Shown: piece after piece, positions 39,900-48,670 of the stretch | Position numbering within the stretch: position 1 is the first letter of the stretch | Layout of the letters: each line of letters begins with the position of its first letter | Assembly: GCA_964455555.1 (NCBI GenBank) | Contig: CAYVXV010000002.1 | Coordinates: 67,677-131,676 of the forward strand | Reading direction: 5' to 3' | Source: an uncultured Pseudomonadales bacterium | Lineage (GTDB): Bacteria > Patescibacteriota > Microgenomatia > UBA1400 > PJMF01 | Length of the DNA stretch: 64,000 nt | Notes under the pieces: generated by a model | Told to the model about the DNA's origin: nothing | Databases searched by the model: none | The model's input: only the letters and a program-made list of their open reading frames with translations | Translations under genes and position numbers: made by a program

Positions 39900-40343
39900 C
39901 TACTTAATTACTGTCCCTAAATAATCTAACACCTCTTTGGCATGATTATTGGGAGTAACCTTTTCCCAGACTTGGATAATCACTCCCTCGGGATCGATTA
40001 CAAAGGTACTGCGGATAACTTTTTCCTGCCAAACATCAAATGCTTTAATCAACTCCAGATCGGGATCAGACCAAAGCTCGAACCGAAGGCCCTGGTTCAG
40101 CCTAAATTTGGCATGAGACTCAACCGAGTCCCTGCTCACTCCAATCACCTCCACACCCAAATCCTCAAAACTGGAATGATAATCGCGAAAGGACTGAGCC
40201 TCCAGTGTACAGCCGGGTGTGTTGTCCCGGGGGTAAAAATACAGCACCACGTACTTGCCGCGTTTATGCATTAAGTTCACGCTATTGCCGTTGGAATCTT
40301 GTAGGTAAATGTGAGCTGGAGCCTGTTGTCCTGGTTGCAGCAT
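39900..40343 (-). CDS. bcp: Peroxiredoxin Bcp (thiol peroxidase, AhpC/TSA family)
   Basis: ...GKYVVLYFYPRDNTPGCTLEAQSF... carries the peroxidatic-Cys motif. ATG at 40343; the ORF-track start at 40367 is a TTG. Confidence 0.8.
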   Translation of the reverse strand: MLQPGQQAPAHIYLQDSNGNSVNLMHKRGKYVVLYFYPRDNTPGCTLEAQSFRDYHSSFEDLGVEVIGVSRDSVESHAKFRLNQGLRFELWSDPDLELIKAFDVWQEKVIRSTFVIDPEGVIIQVWEKVTPNNHAKEVLDYLGTVIK

Positions 40344-40358
40344 ACCTATTTTATAGCA
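40344..40358 (-). promoter_or_regulatory. Extended -10 TGcTATAAA immediately upstream (4-6 nt) of the bcp ATG; leaderless-type promoter
   Basis: The minus-strand sequence reads TGCTATAAAATAGGT-ATG. Confidence 0.35.
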
Positions 40359-40430
40359 CAAATACAATCATTTTGGAAGGGTGCATCAATCTATATTGCC
40401 TGCCTCACTTAGGCAGTTTAACTAAAATAC

Positions 40431-40898
40431 CTAGGTGTAGCTGCCCCTTTTTGGCGGAAGATGGCTGCGAGTTGGAGTTGAACCAATTTCTTGGCTTAAG
40501 TCAGACACCGGAGCTCCCGGAGCGGCTGTTGGTGTTGGCTGCGGCCCTGCTTCATTGTCTGGCATATACTCCGGGAGGGCAGGAATATTTAATTTATTTC
40601 CGGGATGAATTACCGACTGGAGTGTCATTCCATTCGCTTTGGCAATCTCTTCTGCAGCGTACATTAAATCTAGGCTTGCTTCAGAAACCCTATGCACATA
40701 ATTGGGGTAAACTTTTTTGGCAATCAGAAAAAATCCATCTCCCGGGACAATTTCGTAGGTGCGGGTTTCTGAACTAATTGGTTTGAGATTATCGGCTGGC
40801 AATGGTTTAGTGTCTGGCATCGGGGCAGCAACAGGCTTGCTTTCCCGATTCATTACTGCAACACCCATAGCAGCGGTCCCCACACCCAGAGCAGCCAA
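40431..40898 (-). CDS. LysM-domain protein, probably exported; start codon uncertain
   Basis: ...YEIVPGDGFFLIAKKVYPN...NKLNIP... is LysM-like. Hydrophobic N-terminus. The first in-frame start is TTG; the first ATG is at 40868. Confidence 0.5.
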   Translation of the reverse strand: MAALGVGTAAMGVAVMNRESKPVAAPMPDTKPLPADNLKPISSETRTYEIVPGDGFFLIAKKVYPNYVHRVSEASLDLMYAAEEIAKANGMTLQSVIHPGNKLNIPALPEYMPDNEAGPQPTPTAAPGAPVSDLSQEIGSTPTRSHLPPKRGSYT

Positions 40899-41095
40899 TA
40901 GTGTAGCTTTGAGCTTCTTGAAGCCCCTTGGTTTTTATTGATTTGATATGCTTCGGGAATTGCCATCTTGTTCCTCGCCTGGTCTGCTACTTTTTGTGAC
41001 TAACAAGGCAAATTGTCTATGCCCACATAGATTAATTCTACATTATAATGGCTGAAAGCATCAAATACTTACAGTCTATACTGTTCAGGCACCTC

Positions 41096-42613
41096 ATGAT
41101 GTCAAGTCTAAAAAAACACCTCGGAATAATCCTAATTTTGCTTCTAGCCTTCTTTGTCCGCCTGCCGCTGCTGAGCGGATCTCTCTGGATGGACGAAGCT
41201 GCCCAGGTGCTGGAAAGCGAACGGTCTTTTTTTGAACAAACCGATATTGTTCAGGACTTCCAGCCTCCCCTGATGCATTATTTACTACATTTTGCCCTTC
41301 AATTAAATGCTTCTGAGGCCTGGCTCAGGCTAGTTGGGGCTCTTTTGCCTGGGCTGATTACTATCTGGGCTACCTATCAAATTGGCAAGTTATTGTATTC
41401 CAAAAATGTCGGCCTGCTTACTAGCTTGCTGCTGTCCATTTCCTCGTTCCACGTTTTCTTTTCCCAGGAACTTAGACCCTACTCTCTACCAGCCATGTTT
41501 GCCCTGTTGTCCTGGCTGGCACTTCTTCAGTTCAGCCGGGCCAATTACAAAAAAATTATCTCCACACCGCTGGTTATGTTTACCGTTTTTACAATCCTCG
41601 GCTTATATTCTGGCTATCTTTACCCATTTTTGTTCTTCTCACAGTTAGTCTATTTACTGATCTTCTCCAGGCGTTTTGTGCCTCATATAGCCTTTACTGT
41701 CATCATGAGTGCTTTGGCATACCTGCCCTGGCTGCCAATGTTCCTCAGGCAACTTGAGGCAGGAGGACTGGTACGGGCGGAGTTGCCGGGTTGGGAAACC
41801 GCTGTCAGCACTCCTCAGCTTAAATCTTTGCCGCTAACTTTTGGCAAATTTATCTATGGCGTCATGGATCTGGAGTTGTCTGCTTTCTTCTTGGTGAGTT
41901 TAGCTGTGCTTATTGCGCTCGGCGCCGCACTCAAATTTTCCCGGCCGTTTACTAATTGGGTAAGGTTCGGCAAAGACAACCTGGCTTTGGTTGTCTGGCT
42001 GCTCCTGCCTTTTTTTACTGCCTGGATTGTTTCTTTCTTTGTCCCGGTGATTCAGCCGAAACGGCTTATGTTCCTTTTGCCGCCATTTTTGCTGGTCCTC
42101 AGTGTCTTTGCCACGGATTTTTGGAAGGACAACGTTAAATCATTTTTTCTCAAAAATGTTTCAGCCAGCTTATTAGTAGTCTATATATTTATTTCAATTG
42201 TCTCGCTCTACAGCTATTGGACAAAACCAGAGCTGCAAAGAGAAAATTGGCGCTCACTCCAGCAGGAAATTTCCATGAGCTTTCCGCCTAGCCAAACTGT
42301 GGTTGTTTTTTCTTTTCCAGAAGCAATCTCTGCCTGGAGATATTATGACCGCGGAAACTACCCTGTTTATGCCACCGGCTCTCTGCATATTCAAGATGCT
42401 CCAAATTTAACGGCCAGACTTCAACAACTGGATCGTTATGAATATTTGCTGGTTTTTGATTATTTAAGGGATCTTACCGACCCTGAAGACAGGCTTTTAT
42501 GGGAAATAAAAGAGCTGGGTTATCAGGAAACAGCTGTGCTGAACTATCCTAACATTGGCTTCATCAGGGTTTACACCAAAACAGGTGAATTTTTAGCTTC
42601 TGAAATAATTTAA
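41096..42613 (+). CDS. GT-C fold membrane glycosyltransferase (ArnT/PMT-like), paralogue A
   Basis: ...LLSGSLWMDEAAQV... gives the DE motif. Shares long collinear identity with 43685..45160 (for example SSxHxxFSQELRPxSL and PELQRENWR). Start MMSSLKKH at 41096 is preferred over 41048. Confidence 0.6.
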   Translation: MMSSLKKHLGIILILLLAFFVRLPLLSGSLWMDEAAQVLESERSFFEQTDIVQDFQPPLMHYLLHFALQLNASEAWLRLVGALLPGLITIWATYQIGKLLYSKNVGLLTSLLLSISSFHVFFSQELRPYSLPAMFALLSWLALLQFSRANYKKIISTPLVMFTVFTILGLYSGYLYPFLFFSQLVYLLIFSRRFVPHIAFTVIMSALAYLPWLPMFLRQLEAGGLVRAELPGWETAVSTPQLKSLPLTFGKFIYGVMDLELSAFFLVSLAVLIALGAALKFSRPFTNWVRFGKDNLALVVWLLLPFFTAWIVSFFVPVIQPKRLMFLLPPFLLVLSVFATDFWKDNVKSFFLKNVSASLLVVYIFISIVSLYSYWTKPELQRENWRSLQQEISMSFPPSQTVVVFSFPEAISAWRYYDRGNYPVYATGSLHIQDAPNLTARLQQLDRYEYLLVFDYLRDLTDPEDRLLWEIKELGYQETAVLNYPNIGFIRVYTKTGEFLASEII

Positions 42614-43585
42614 GGTTTCTGCTAAACCATCATGAAAATCAATTTGTGGCTCCCAGCCAAGCAACTCTTTGGCTTTTGAGATATCAGGCTGCCTGCGTGT
42701 CGGGTCGTCAAGCGGCAATTCCCGGAAATCCAAATCTGCTTTGCCTTTTCCTCCGCTCGCCTTGAAAATTAGCTCTGCCGTATCTAGGACTGTCAATTCT
42801 TTTGGGTTGCCCAGGTTTACCGTCTCACCTGCCAATCCTTCCTCAGCCAGCAACAACATTAACCCTCTAACCAGATCACTGACAAAACAATAAGACCGTG
42901 TTTGTAAACCGTCACCATAAATTGTCATAGGCTCCTTGTGCAGAGCCTGCATTGCTAAATTGGGGATAACTCGTCCATCACTGGGGTCCATCCGTGGTCC
43001 ATAAGTGTTGAATATCCTGGCCAGCCGGACATCCATATCATAATTTCTGTGAAAAACACCGCAAATTGCCTCTCCCATGCGTTTGGCCTCATCGTAGCAG
43101 GAGCGCGGCCCATTAGGATTAACATTGCCCCAATAGGTTTCCTGTTGAGGATGCTCCTTAGGATCGCCATAGACCTCTGATGTGCTGGCGTACAAAAACC
43201 GGGCAGAAGGGTTTTGGTTGCGAAGATAACTGAGCAAGTTGTGGGTTCCAGCTGTGTTAACCAGATAGGTTGCTACCGGATTTTCTTGATAGCGGGGAGG
43301 GCTGGCCGGAGAGGCTAAATGAAAGACAGCATCCAAATGCTGGCCTCCGGGCAGATAGTGCTCAGTCACAGTTGCGGCATCAGCACGGATAAAAACAAAA
43401 TTATCATGCAAAGATTCGGCAGCCAGGTCATTGTATAAATGTGCAATATTTTCCATTCTGCCGGTGAGCAGATTATCAACACCAATGACCAAAGCACCCG
43501 TCTTAAGAAGCGCATCTACCAGATGTGAGCCAATAAAACCTGCTGCACCGGTCACTAAAATGGTTTTTTTATAAAAATAATCCAT
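42593..43585 (-). CDS. UDP-glucuronate decarboxylase (UXS / ArnA C-terminal domain-like SDR)
   Basis: ILVTGAAGFIGSH, STSEVYGDP, CYDEAKRMGE, RIFNTYGPRM and YGDGLQTRSYCFVSDLV are UXS signatures. ATG at 43585; the upstream ORF-track start is GTG. About 52% GC. Confidence 0.85.
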   Translation of the reverse strand: MDYFYKKTILVTGAAGFIGSHLVDALLKTGALVIGVDNLLTGRMENIAHLYNDLAAESLHDNFVFIRADAATVTEHYLPGGQHLDAVFHLASPASPPRYQENPVATYLVNTAGTHNLLSYLRNQNPSARFLYASTSEVYGDPKEHPQQETYWGNVNPNGPRSCYDEAKRMGEAICGVFHRNYDMDVRLARIFNTYGPRMDPSDGRVIPNLAMQALHKEPMTIYGDGLQTRSYCFVSDLVRGLMLLLAEEGLAGETVNLGNPKELTVLDTAELIFKASGGKGKADLDFRELPLDDPTRRQPDISKAKELLGWEPQIDFHDGLAETLNYFRS

Positions 43586-43684
43586 GGTAGGGAAGTCTTT
43601 AAAATGCCTTTGTCCTAAAGGAGTATTCACGGTATGATTATATGGTTTAAATTTTTAAAGCTCAACTAGCGTTAATCTTTAAAC

Positions 43685-45160
43685 ATGAAAAAAATACTAA
43701 TCCGCAACACACCAGGCTTCAGTTTAGTTCTGATAGCCTTGTTGTTCAGATTGCCGCAACTCAATAGTTCCTTCTGGATGACTGAGGCAACTCAGGCTCT
43801 CGCTTCTCAAATCTCATTCTATGAGCAGTTTGTTGTCGGACAGAGTATTCAACCGCCTTTCTTCTTTCTAGTGTCCCATTTGGCCCAACTTATTTCACAT
43901 CAGGAATGGTGGCTAAGGCTGATCGTGGCCTTGATACCCGGTTTAATTACCGTATTTTTTACTTATAAAATAGGAGAAAAGCTTCATTCCTCCCTAACAG
44001 GCTCACTGGCAGCGCTGTTTCTGGCCACTAGCTCCCTGCATATTTATTTTTCCCAGGAGCTCAGGCCTCATTCGCTAGCTGCCATGCTAGCTTTAGTAAC
44101 CTGGTACTTGCTGGTAGAAAAGAAAATCGGCACCGACACAAGGCGCTACATACTTTTCGGAATCCTATCCGTTCTAGGTGTTTATACCACCTACTTTTAC
44201 ACTTACTTGATGATCGGCCAACTGATTTATGTTTATTTGACAGACAAAAAAGTTTTTCAAAAGGTTTTGATGGTTTTTGGCATCTCTGTCTTAGCCTTCA
44301 TGTCACAGATTCCCATCATGCTTAAACAGCTTGAATATTTGAGGACTATCCGTCAGGAACTCCCATCCATCGAAGAAGTAATTGTCCTGCCGTCACAAAG
44401 CTTCCTGCCATTTTTAATAGGAACATTTGTTTATGGCATTATGGAGTTTGACTTCAACCCAATGCAGAGTTTTCCAGGAATTCTAATAATTGCCATTGCT
44501 GCAATGCTGACCGCCATTAACTATACCTCGATGAAAAAGGAAACTATCAGAATGCTAAAGTTTTCCGCTTCGTCTTTCATAATTCCGGTCTTTGTCCTGC
44601 TATTAATCTCCTTGTTCTTGCCGGTAATACAGCCAAGGGGCGTTCTCTTTTTACTACCGGTTTTCTATCTCTATCTTTCTTCAATTACTACACCATATTT
44701 TAGCCAAACTATTGGCAACCTGAGGGGTGGGTTGGCAGTATTGGTAATCCTCACCATGGCACTGATTAATATTAGGGGAACGGTTGAATACAATATTACA
44801 CCAGAACTGCAGCGCGAAAACTGGCGCCAGCTTTACTTCCGGATTGCAAACAAATACCCAGGAGACAATGCTGCCCTCGTCTTTAAGCTGCCAGAGACGC
44901 CGGCTGCCATAAAATGGTACGACAAAAATTCAGAATATAAAGTTGTAACTCTCGAAAACCTACATGTAGATTATGTGCCGGACTTGGAACAGCGGCTTTC
45001 ACAAATTTCAGATTATGACACAGTCTTGGTTTTTAGTTATTTTGAATACTTAACAGATCCAGAGGACAAGGTAGGTCATACTATAGAAGACCTGGGATAC
45101 CGCAATTCCGGAAAATTCTTCCAACCAATAATTGGAGATGTGCGCATTTATACCCGCTAA
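43685..45160 (+). CDS. GT-C fold membrane glycosyltransferase (ArnT/PMT-like), paralogue B
   Basis: ...NSSFWMTEATQA... and collinear similarity to 41096..42613. Confidence 0.6.
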   Translation: MKKILIRNTPGFSLVLIALLFRLPQLNSSFWMTEATQALASQISFYEQFVVGQSIQPPFFFLVSHLAQLISHQEWWLRLIVALIPGLITVFFTYKIGEKLHSSLTGSLAALFLATSSLHIYFSQELRPHSLAAMLALVTWYLLVEKKIGTDTRRYILFGILSVLGVYTTYFYTYLMIGQLIYVYLTDKKVFQKVLMVFGISVLAFMSQIPIMLKQLEYLRTIRQELPSIEEVIVLPSQSFLPFLIGTFVYGIMEFDFNPMQSFPGILIIAIAAMLTAINYTSMKKETIRMLKFSASSFIIPVFVLLLISLFLPVIQPRGVLFLLPVFYLYLSSITTPYFSQTIGNLRGGLAVLVILTMALINIRGTVEYNITPELQRENWRQLYFRIANKYPGDNAALVFKLPETPAAIKWYDKNSEYKVVTLENLHVDYVPDLEQRLSQISDYDTVLVFSYFEYLTDPEDKVGHTIEDLGYRNSGKFFQPIIGDVRIYTR

Positions 45161-45168
45161 CTTTGTAT

Positions 45169-45174
45169 TAGAAT
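45169..45174 (+). promoter_or_regulatory. -10-like TAGAAT, 6 nt upstream of ATG 45181
   Basis: TGTATTAGAAT-gtagat-ATG. Confidence 0.3.
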
Positions 45175-45180
45175 GTAGAT

Positions 45181-46329
45181 ATGAAGCTAGGTATTGATAT
45201 TACCCCCGTGCTGTACAAGAGAGGAGTTTCGCGCTACACCAGCAACTTAGTTGCAGGATTAATTAAACACACCAACCTAAGCCTCCATTTATACGGTTCA
45301 AGCTTCCGCCAACATCAAGAGCTTGTCAAAGCTGCTGAGAACTTTCAGGCTTTTTCTACAAATAAAGTTAAAACAACTCTGCAGCACTATCCGCCAAGCC
45401 TACTAAGCCTGCTTTGGCGGGCCAACATAAACCCCATAGCTTCAACAGCCCCCAAGTTAGACGTTTTTCATTCCTGGGATTGGCTCCATCCTCCAGATAC
45501 AACTTTTCCTTTAGTTTCAACTATTCATGATTTAGCTATTTTAAAATTTCCCGAAACAGCCAATCCAAAAATTCTCAAAATGCATCAGCGTTCCTGGGAT
45601 GTGCTTAAGAAGAAACAGGCCCACATCATAGCCGTCAGCCGTTCAACAAAAAATGACATAGTAGAACTGCTCGGCTACCCCAGGTACTTGGTCCATGTAA
45701 TTTATGAAGCTTTGCCTACAGAAGTAAAAAACGTATCGGATCAGATGACCGAAGAGATCTATGAAGAAACTAAAATAAAGCTATTGCTGGATAAGCCCTT
45801 TGTATTTTTTGTCGGCACCCGCGAACCTAGAAAGAATCTCAAAAAACTAATCAAGGCCTGGGAGCCATTGGCTTCTCATTTTGATTTACTCATAGCCGGC
45901 AACACAGGCTGGGACGAATCAGAGAAACTGGATACCATTACCCTTCAGGAGAAGGGCTTAAGATTCCTGGGCAGGGTCAGCGACCAAGAATTGGCCGTAC
46001 TTTACTCCGAGGCAGCAGTTTTTGCCTATCCTTCGTTGTACGAGGGTTTCGGCCTGCCAATTTTAGAGGCGTTTAATTACGGCACTCCGGTAGTTACTTC
46101 AAATAATTCTGGAATGCTCGAGGTAGCAGGTAATGCTGCTGAACTAGTGGATCCAGAGTCAGTTGACAGCATCCGCGCAGGCTTGGAGAAAGTTTTGGGA
46201 GAAGGCTTGAGCGAACAACAAAAACGCCTGCAGCGAATGATCATCCGCCAACAGATGTTTAGTTGGCAAACAGTAGCCAATGAGACTCACCGGGTTTACC
46301 GGAAAGCTGTAGAAGACTTTAAGAATTAA
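45181..46329 (+). CDS. GT4 family glycosyltransferase
   Basis: ...FAYPSLYEGFGLPILEAFNYGTPVVTSNNSGMLEVAG... (EX7E). Confidence 0.8.
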   Translation: MKLGIDITPVLYKRGVSRYTSNLVAGLIKHTNLSLHLYGSSFRQHQELVKAAENFQAFSTNKVKTTLQHYPPSLLSLLWRANINPIASTAPKLDVFHSWDWLHPPDTTFPLVSTIHDLAILKFPETANPKILKMHQRSWDVLKKKQAHIIAVSRSTKNDIVELLGYPRYLVHVIYEALPTEVKNVSDQMTEEIYEETKIKLLLDKPFVFFVGTREPRKNLKKLIKAWEPLASHFDLLIAGNTGWDESEKLDTITLQEKGLRFLGRVSDQELAVLYSEAAVFAYPSLYEGFGLPILEAFNYGTPVVTSNNSGMLEVAGNAAELVDPESVDSIRAGLEKVLGEGLSEQQKRLQRMIIRQQMFSWQTVANETHRVYRKAVEDFKN

Positions 46330-46342
46330 ACAAAGGCAGTTT

Positions 46343-47524
46343 ATGGCGCATTTAGCAATCGACGGAAACGAAGCCAACGTTGCCAACCGGGTCGGCAGCA
46401 ATGTCTATGCTTACGAACTACTTACCGCCCTGGAAAAACTGATCGGGAAAAAGAAGGGCCTTGAGGTCACAGTGCTGCTTCGGTCTCAACCCCTGCATGA
46501 CATGCCCCCCGTTCGCGATGGTTGGAGCTATCAGGTATTAACACCTGGAAAATTTTGGACTCAGTGGGCTTTGCCGCTGCACTTATTCAATCACCGCAAT
46601 AAATACGACCTACACTTTAGCCCGGGGCATTATGCACCTCATAGTTCACCCATTCCCTTTGTATGCACAGTCATGGATACGGCTTACTTGGATTACCCAA
46701 ACCACTTTCGGTCTGCAGATCTTTTCCAACTGAAAATCTGGACAAAATTGGCAGTTTCAAAAGCTGCCAAAATTATTGCGATAAGTGAGGCAACAAAAGA
46801 TGATGTCATCCGGCATTATCACCGGCAGCCCGATGATGTAGTGGTTGCTTACCCTGCTTTTGAGTTAAAGAGAAAGAACCTTGTTGGACAGGAGGCCAAA
46901 GACTTCCTGGAGAGCAAGAAGATTACCGAGCCGTACTTGTTGTTTGTCGGCACCATCCAGCCACGGAAAAATATAATTGCTCTTGTTGAGGCCTTTGAAA
47001 TTTTTACCAGAATGGCAGCCAGCCGGACCTTGAAACAAAAAAGGTCGGGCCGCAAGCGGGCAAAAACCCAAGCAGCCAAACTGGTTTTAGCAGGAAAGAC
47101 CGGCTGGCTATCCGGGGAAACTTTAGAGCGGATTGATAACTCTCCTCTCAAAAACAGAATTGTCATAACCGGCTTTGTCACAGAGGCGCAAAAACAGCTT
47201 TTATATAAGAATGCTTTTGCCAGCGCTCTTGTCGGTCTTCATGAGGGGTTCGGTATTCCGCCGCTTGAGTCTATGGCACTCGGAACCCCAGTCCTGGTTT
47301 CCAATACAACCAGTCTGCCAGAGGTAGTAGGAGATGCAGGTTTTATGGCCAATCCACTGGATCCGCAGGATATCGCTGAAAAAATCTGGGAAGTTTACAC
47401 CCTGAGCGCAAAGGAAAAAGCCCTCAGTCGGAAAAGGGGCAAGGAGCAGGCGGCCAACTTTTCTTGGGAAGAATCAGCAAAAACAATCCTGAATACTCTG
47501 GAAGAGTTGATAGAAAAACAATAA
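46343..47524 (+). CDS. GT4 family glycosyltransferase
   Basis: ...LVGLHEGFGIPPLESMALGTPVLVSNTTSLPEVVG... (EX7E). Confidence 0.8.
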   Translation: MAHLAIDGNEANVANRVGSNVYAYELLTALEKLIGKKKGLEVTVLLRSQPLHDMPPVRDGWSYQVLTPGKFWTQWALPLHLFNHRNKYDLHFSPGHYAPHSSPIPFVCTVMDTAYLDYPNHFRSADLFQLKIWTKLAVSKAAKIIAISEATKDDVIRHYHRQPDDVVVAYPAFELKRKNLVGQEAKDFLESKKITEPYLLFVGTIQPRKNIIALVEAFEIFTRMAASRTLKQKRSGRKRAKTQAAKLVLAGKTGWLSGETLERIDNSPLKNRIVITGFVTEAQKQLLYKNAFASALVGLHEGFGIPPLESMALGTPVLVSNTTSLPEVVGDAGFMANPLDPQDIAEKIWEVYTLSAKEKALSRKRGKEQAANFSWEESAKTILNTLEELIEKQ

Positions 47525-47548
47525 TCTCAATCTCTCAGGAACTTTAAG

Positions 47549-48076
47549 GTGACCAAACACGCAACAACACTTATCAGCATCGACCCTGGTTATGACAGGA
47601 TCGGCTGGGCCATTGGCACACTAACCGGCACTAAATATATCTTGACCGCCTGCGGCTGCATTCAGACAGACCGCAAGGCAGAAATTTTCAGCCGCTACCT
47701 CCATTTTTCTGATGAGTTGTCTAAAATTATTCAAAAGTATTCTCCCTCTGCCGCTGCCATTGAAAGCATTTTCTTTTCCAAAAACCGCACCACAGCCATA
47801 AAGGTGAGTGAGGCGAGAGGTGTAATCATTGCAGCCTTGCTTCAAAACGGCGTCACCATTCATGAGTATAACCCCAGCGAAATAAAGCTTGCGGTTACCG
47901 GATATGGCAATGCAGACAAAATGGCCGTAGAAAAAATGGTGAGGATGCAAACGAATATAAAAGAGGGAAAAATTCTTGATGATGCCATCGATGCAATAGC
48001 TGTAGGTATGACTCATGCAGTTACTGCTCACATGCGCCAGGCCAAAGACGCCCTCAACAAAGCAAGTAGTTCGTAG
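47549..48076 (+). CDS. ruvC: Holliday junction resolvase RuvC (GTG start)
   Basis: ...LISIDPGYDRIGWAIG... is the RNase H-fold RuvC N-terminus; 175 aa; immediately upstream of ruvA and ruvB. Confidence 0.85.
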   Translation: MTKHATTLISIDPGYDRIGWAIGTLTGTKYILTACGCIQTDRKAEIFSRYLHFSDELSKIIQKYSPSAAAIESIFFSKNRTTAIKVSEARGVIIAALLQNGVTIHEYNPSEIKLAVTGYGNADKMAVEKMVRMQTNIKEGKILDDAIDAIAVGMTHAVTAHMRQAKDALNKASSS

Positions 48077-48088
48077 TATGCTTTCTTT

Positions 48089-48670
48089 ATGTTCGCATTT
48101 CTTTCCGGTACTCCGGTAATCCAAAAAAACAAACTGATTATGCTGGTTAATGGGGTTGGCTACGATGTTGACGTTAGCACAAGAACACTGCTTGCCGCTA
48201 CCAATGCAGACAGCTTTTCCCTTTACATCCACACCCACGTTCGGGAGGACAGAATTGAGCTTTATGGTTTCCAAACTATTGAGGCTAAGGAAATATTTAA
48301 CCTACTAATCGATGTATCAGGTGTCGGGCCTAAAACTGCACTAGCCATAACCGAAAGGGGCAGCCAAGCCCTGATTGAAGCAGTGCAGCAAGCCGATGTT
48401 TCTTTTTTTACCAAGGTTCCCAGGGTGGGCAAAAAGTCAGCCCAAAAAATTATCATTGAGTTAAAATCAAAACTTGGAGGCCTCAAAGAGTTGGACCTAG
48501 GACCGCAAACCCCTCTTCAAGAAGAGATTTCAGATGCATTGCTTTCACTGGGATTTGCCAAAACAGAGGTTTCTGCGGTAGTCAACAAGTTAGATGCCGC
48601 CGGCCTGACCTTGGAATCCGGCCTGCAGCAAGCCATTAAAGAACTCGGTTTAGCTAGGGCAAAGTCATGA
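48089..48670 (+). CDS. ruvA: Holliday junction DNA helicase subunit RuvA
   Basis: ...LVNGVGYDVDVS...LYGFQTIEAKEIFNLLIDVSGVGPKTALAI... gives the OB fold and HhH motifs of RuvA. Confidence 0.85.
   Translation: MFAFLSGTPVIQKNKLIMLVNGVGYDVDVSTRTLLAATNADSFSLYIHTHVREDRIELYGFQTIEAKEIFNLLIDVSGVGPKTALAITERGSQALIEAVQQADVSFFTKVPRVGKKSAQKIIIELKSKLGGLKELDLGPQTPLQEEISDALLSLGFAKTEVSAVVNKLDAAGLTLESGLQQAIKELGLARAKS

Noticed and set aside
40205-40777. 190-aa ORF on the plus strand spanning the bcp and LysM genes
   Set aside because: It lies entirely antisense to two well-supported minus-strand genes (bcp, with its peroxiredoxin motif, and the LysM protein). It is Cys/Pro/Leu-rich and low-complexity, typical of a shadow ORF in a GC-richer stretch.
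40981-41047. TCTATG-CCCA-CATAGA hairpin (41016-41031) and a TATAAT overlapping the annotated ATG at 41048
   Set aside because: The 6-bp palindrome is short and could be chance. The TATAAT overlapping 41048 argues that 41048 is not the true start; I moved the start to 41096. I am not confident enough to call an operator.
47621-48274. 217-aa ORF on the minus strand
   Set aside because: It is antisense to ruvC and ruvA, whose conserved motifs fix the coding strand. It is a shadow ORF.
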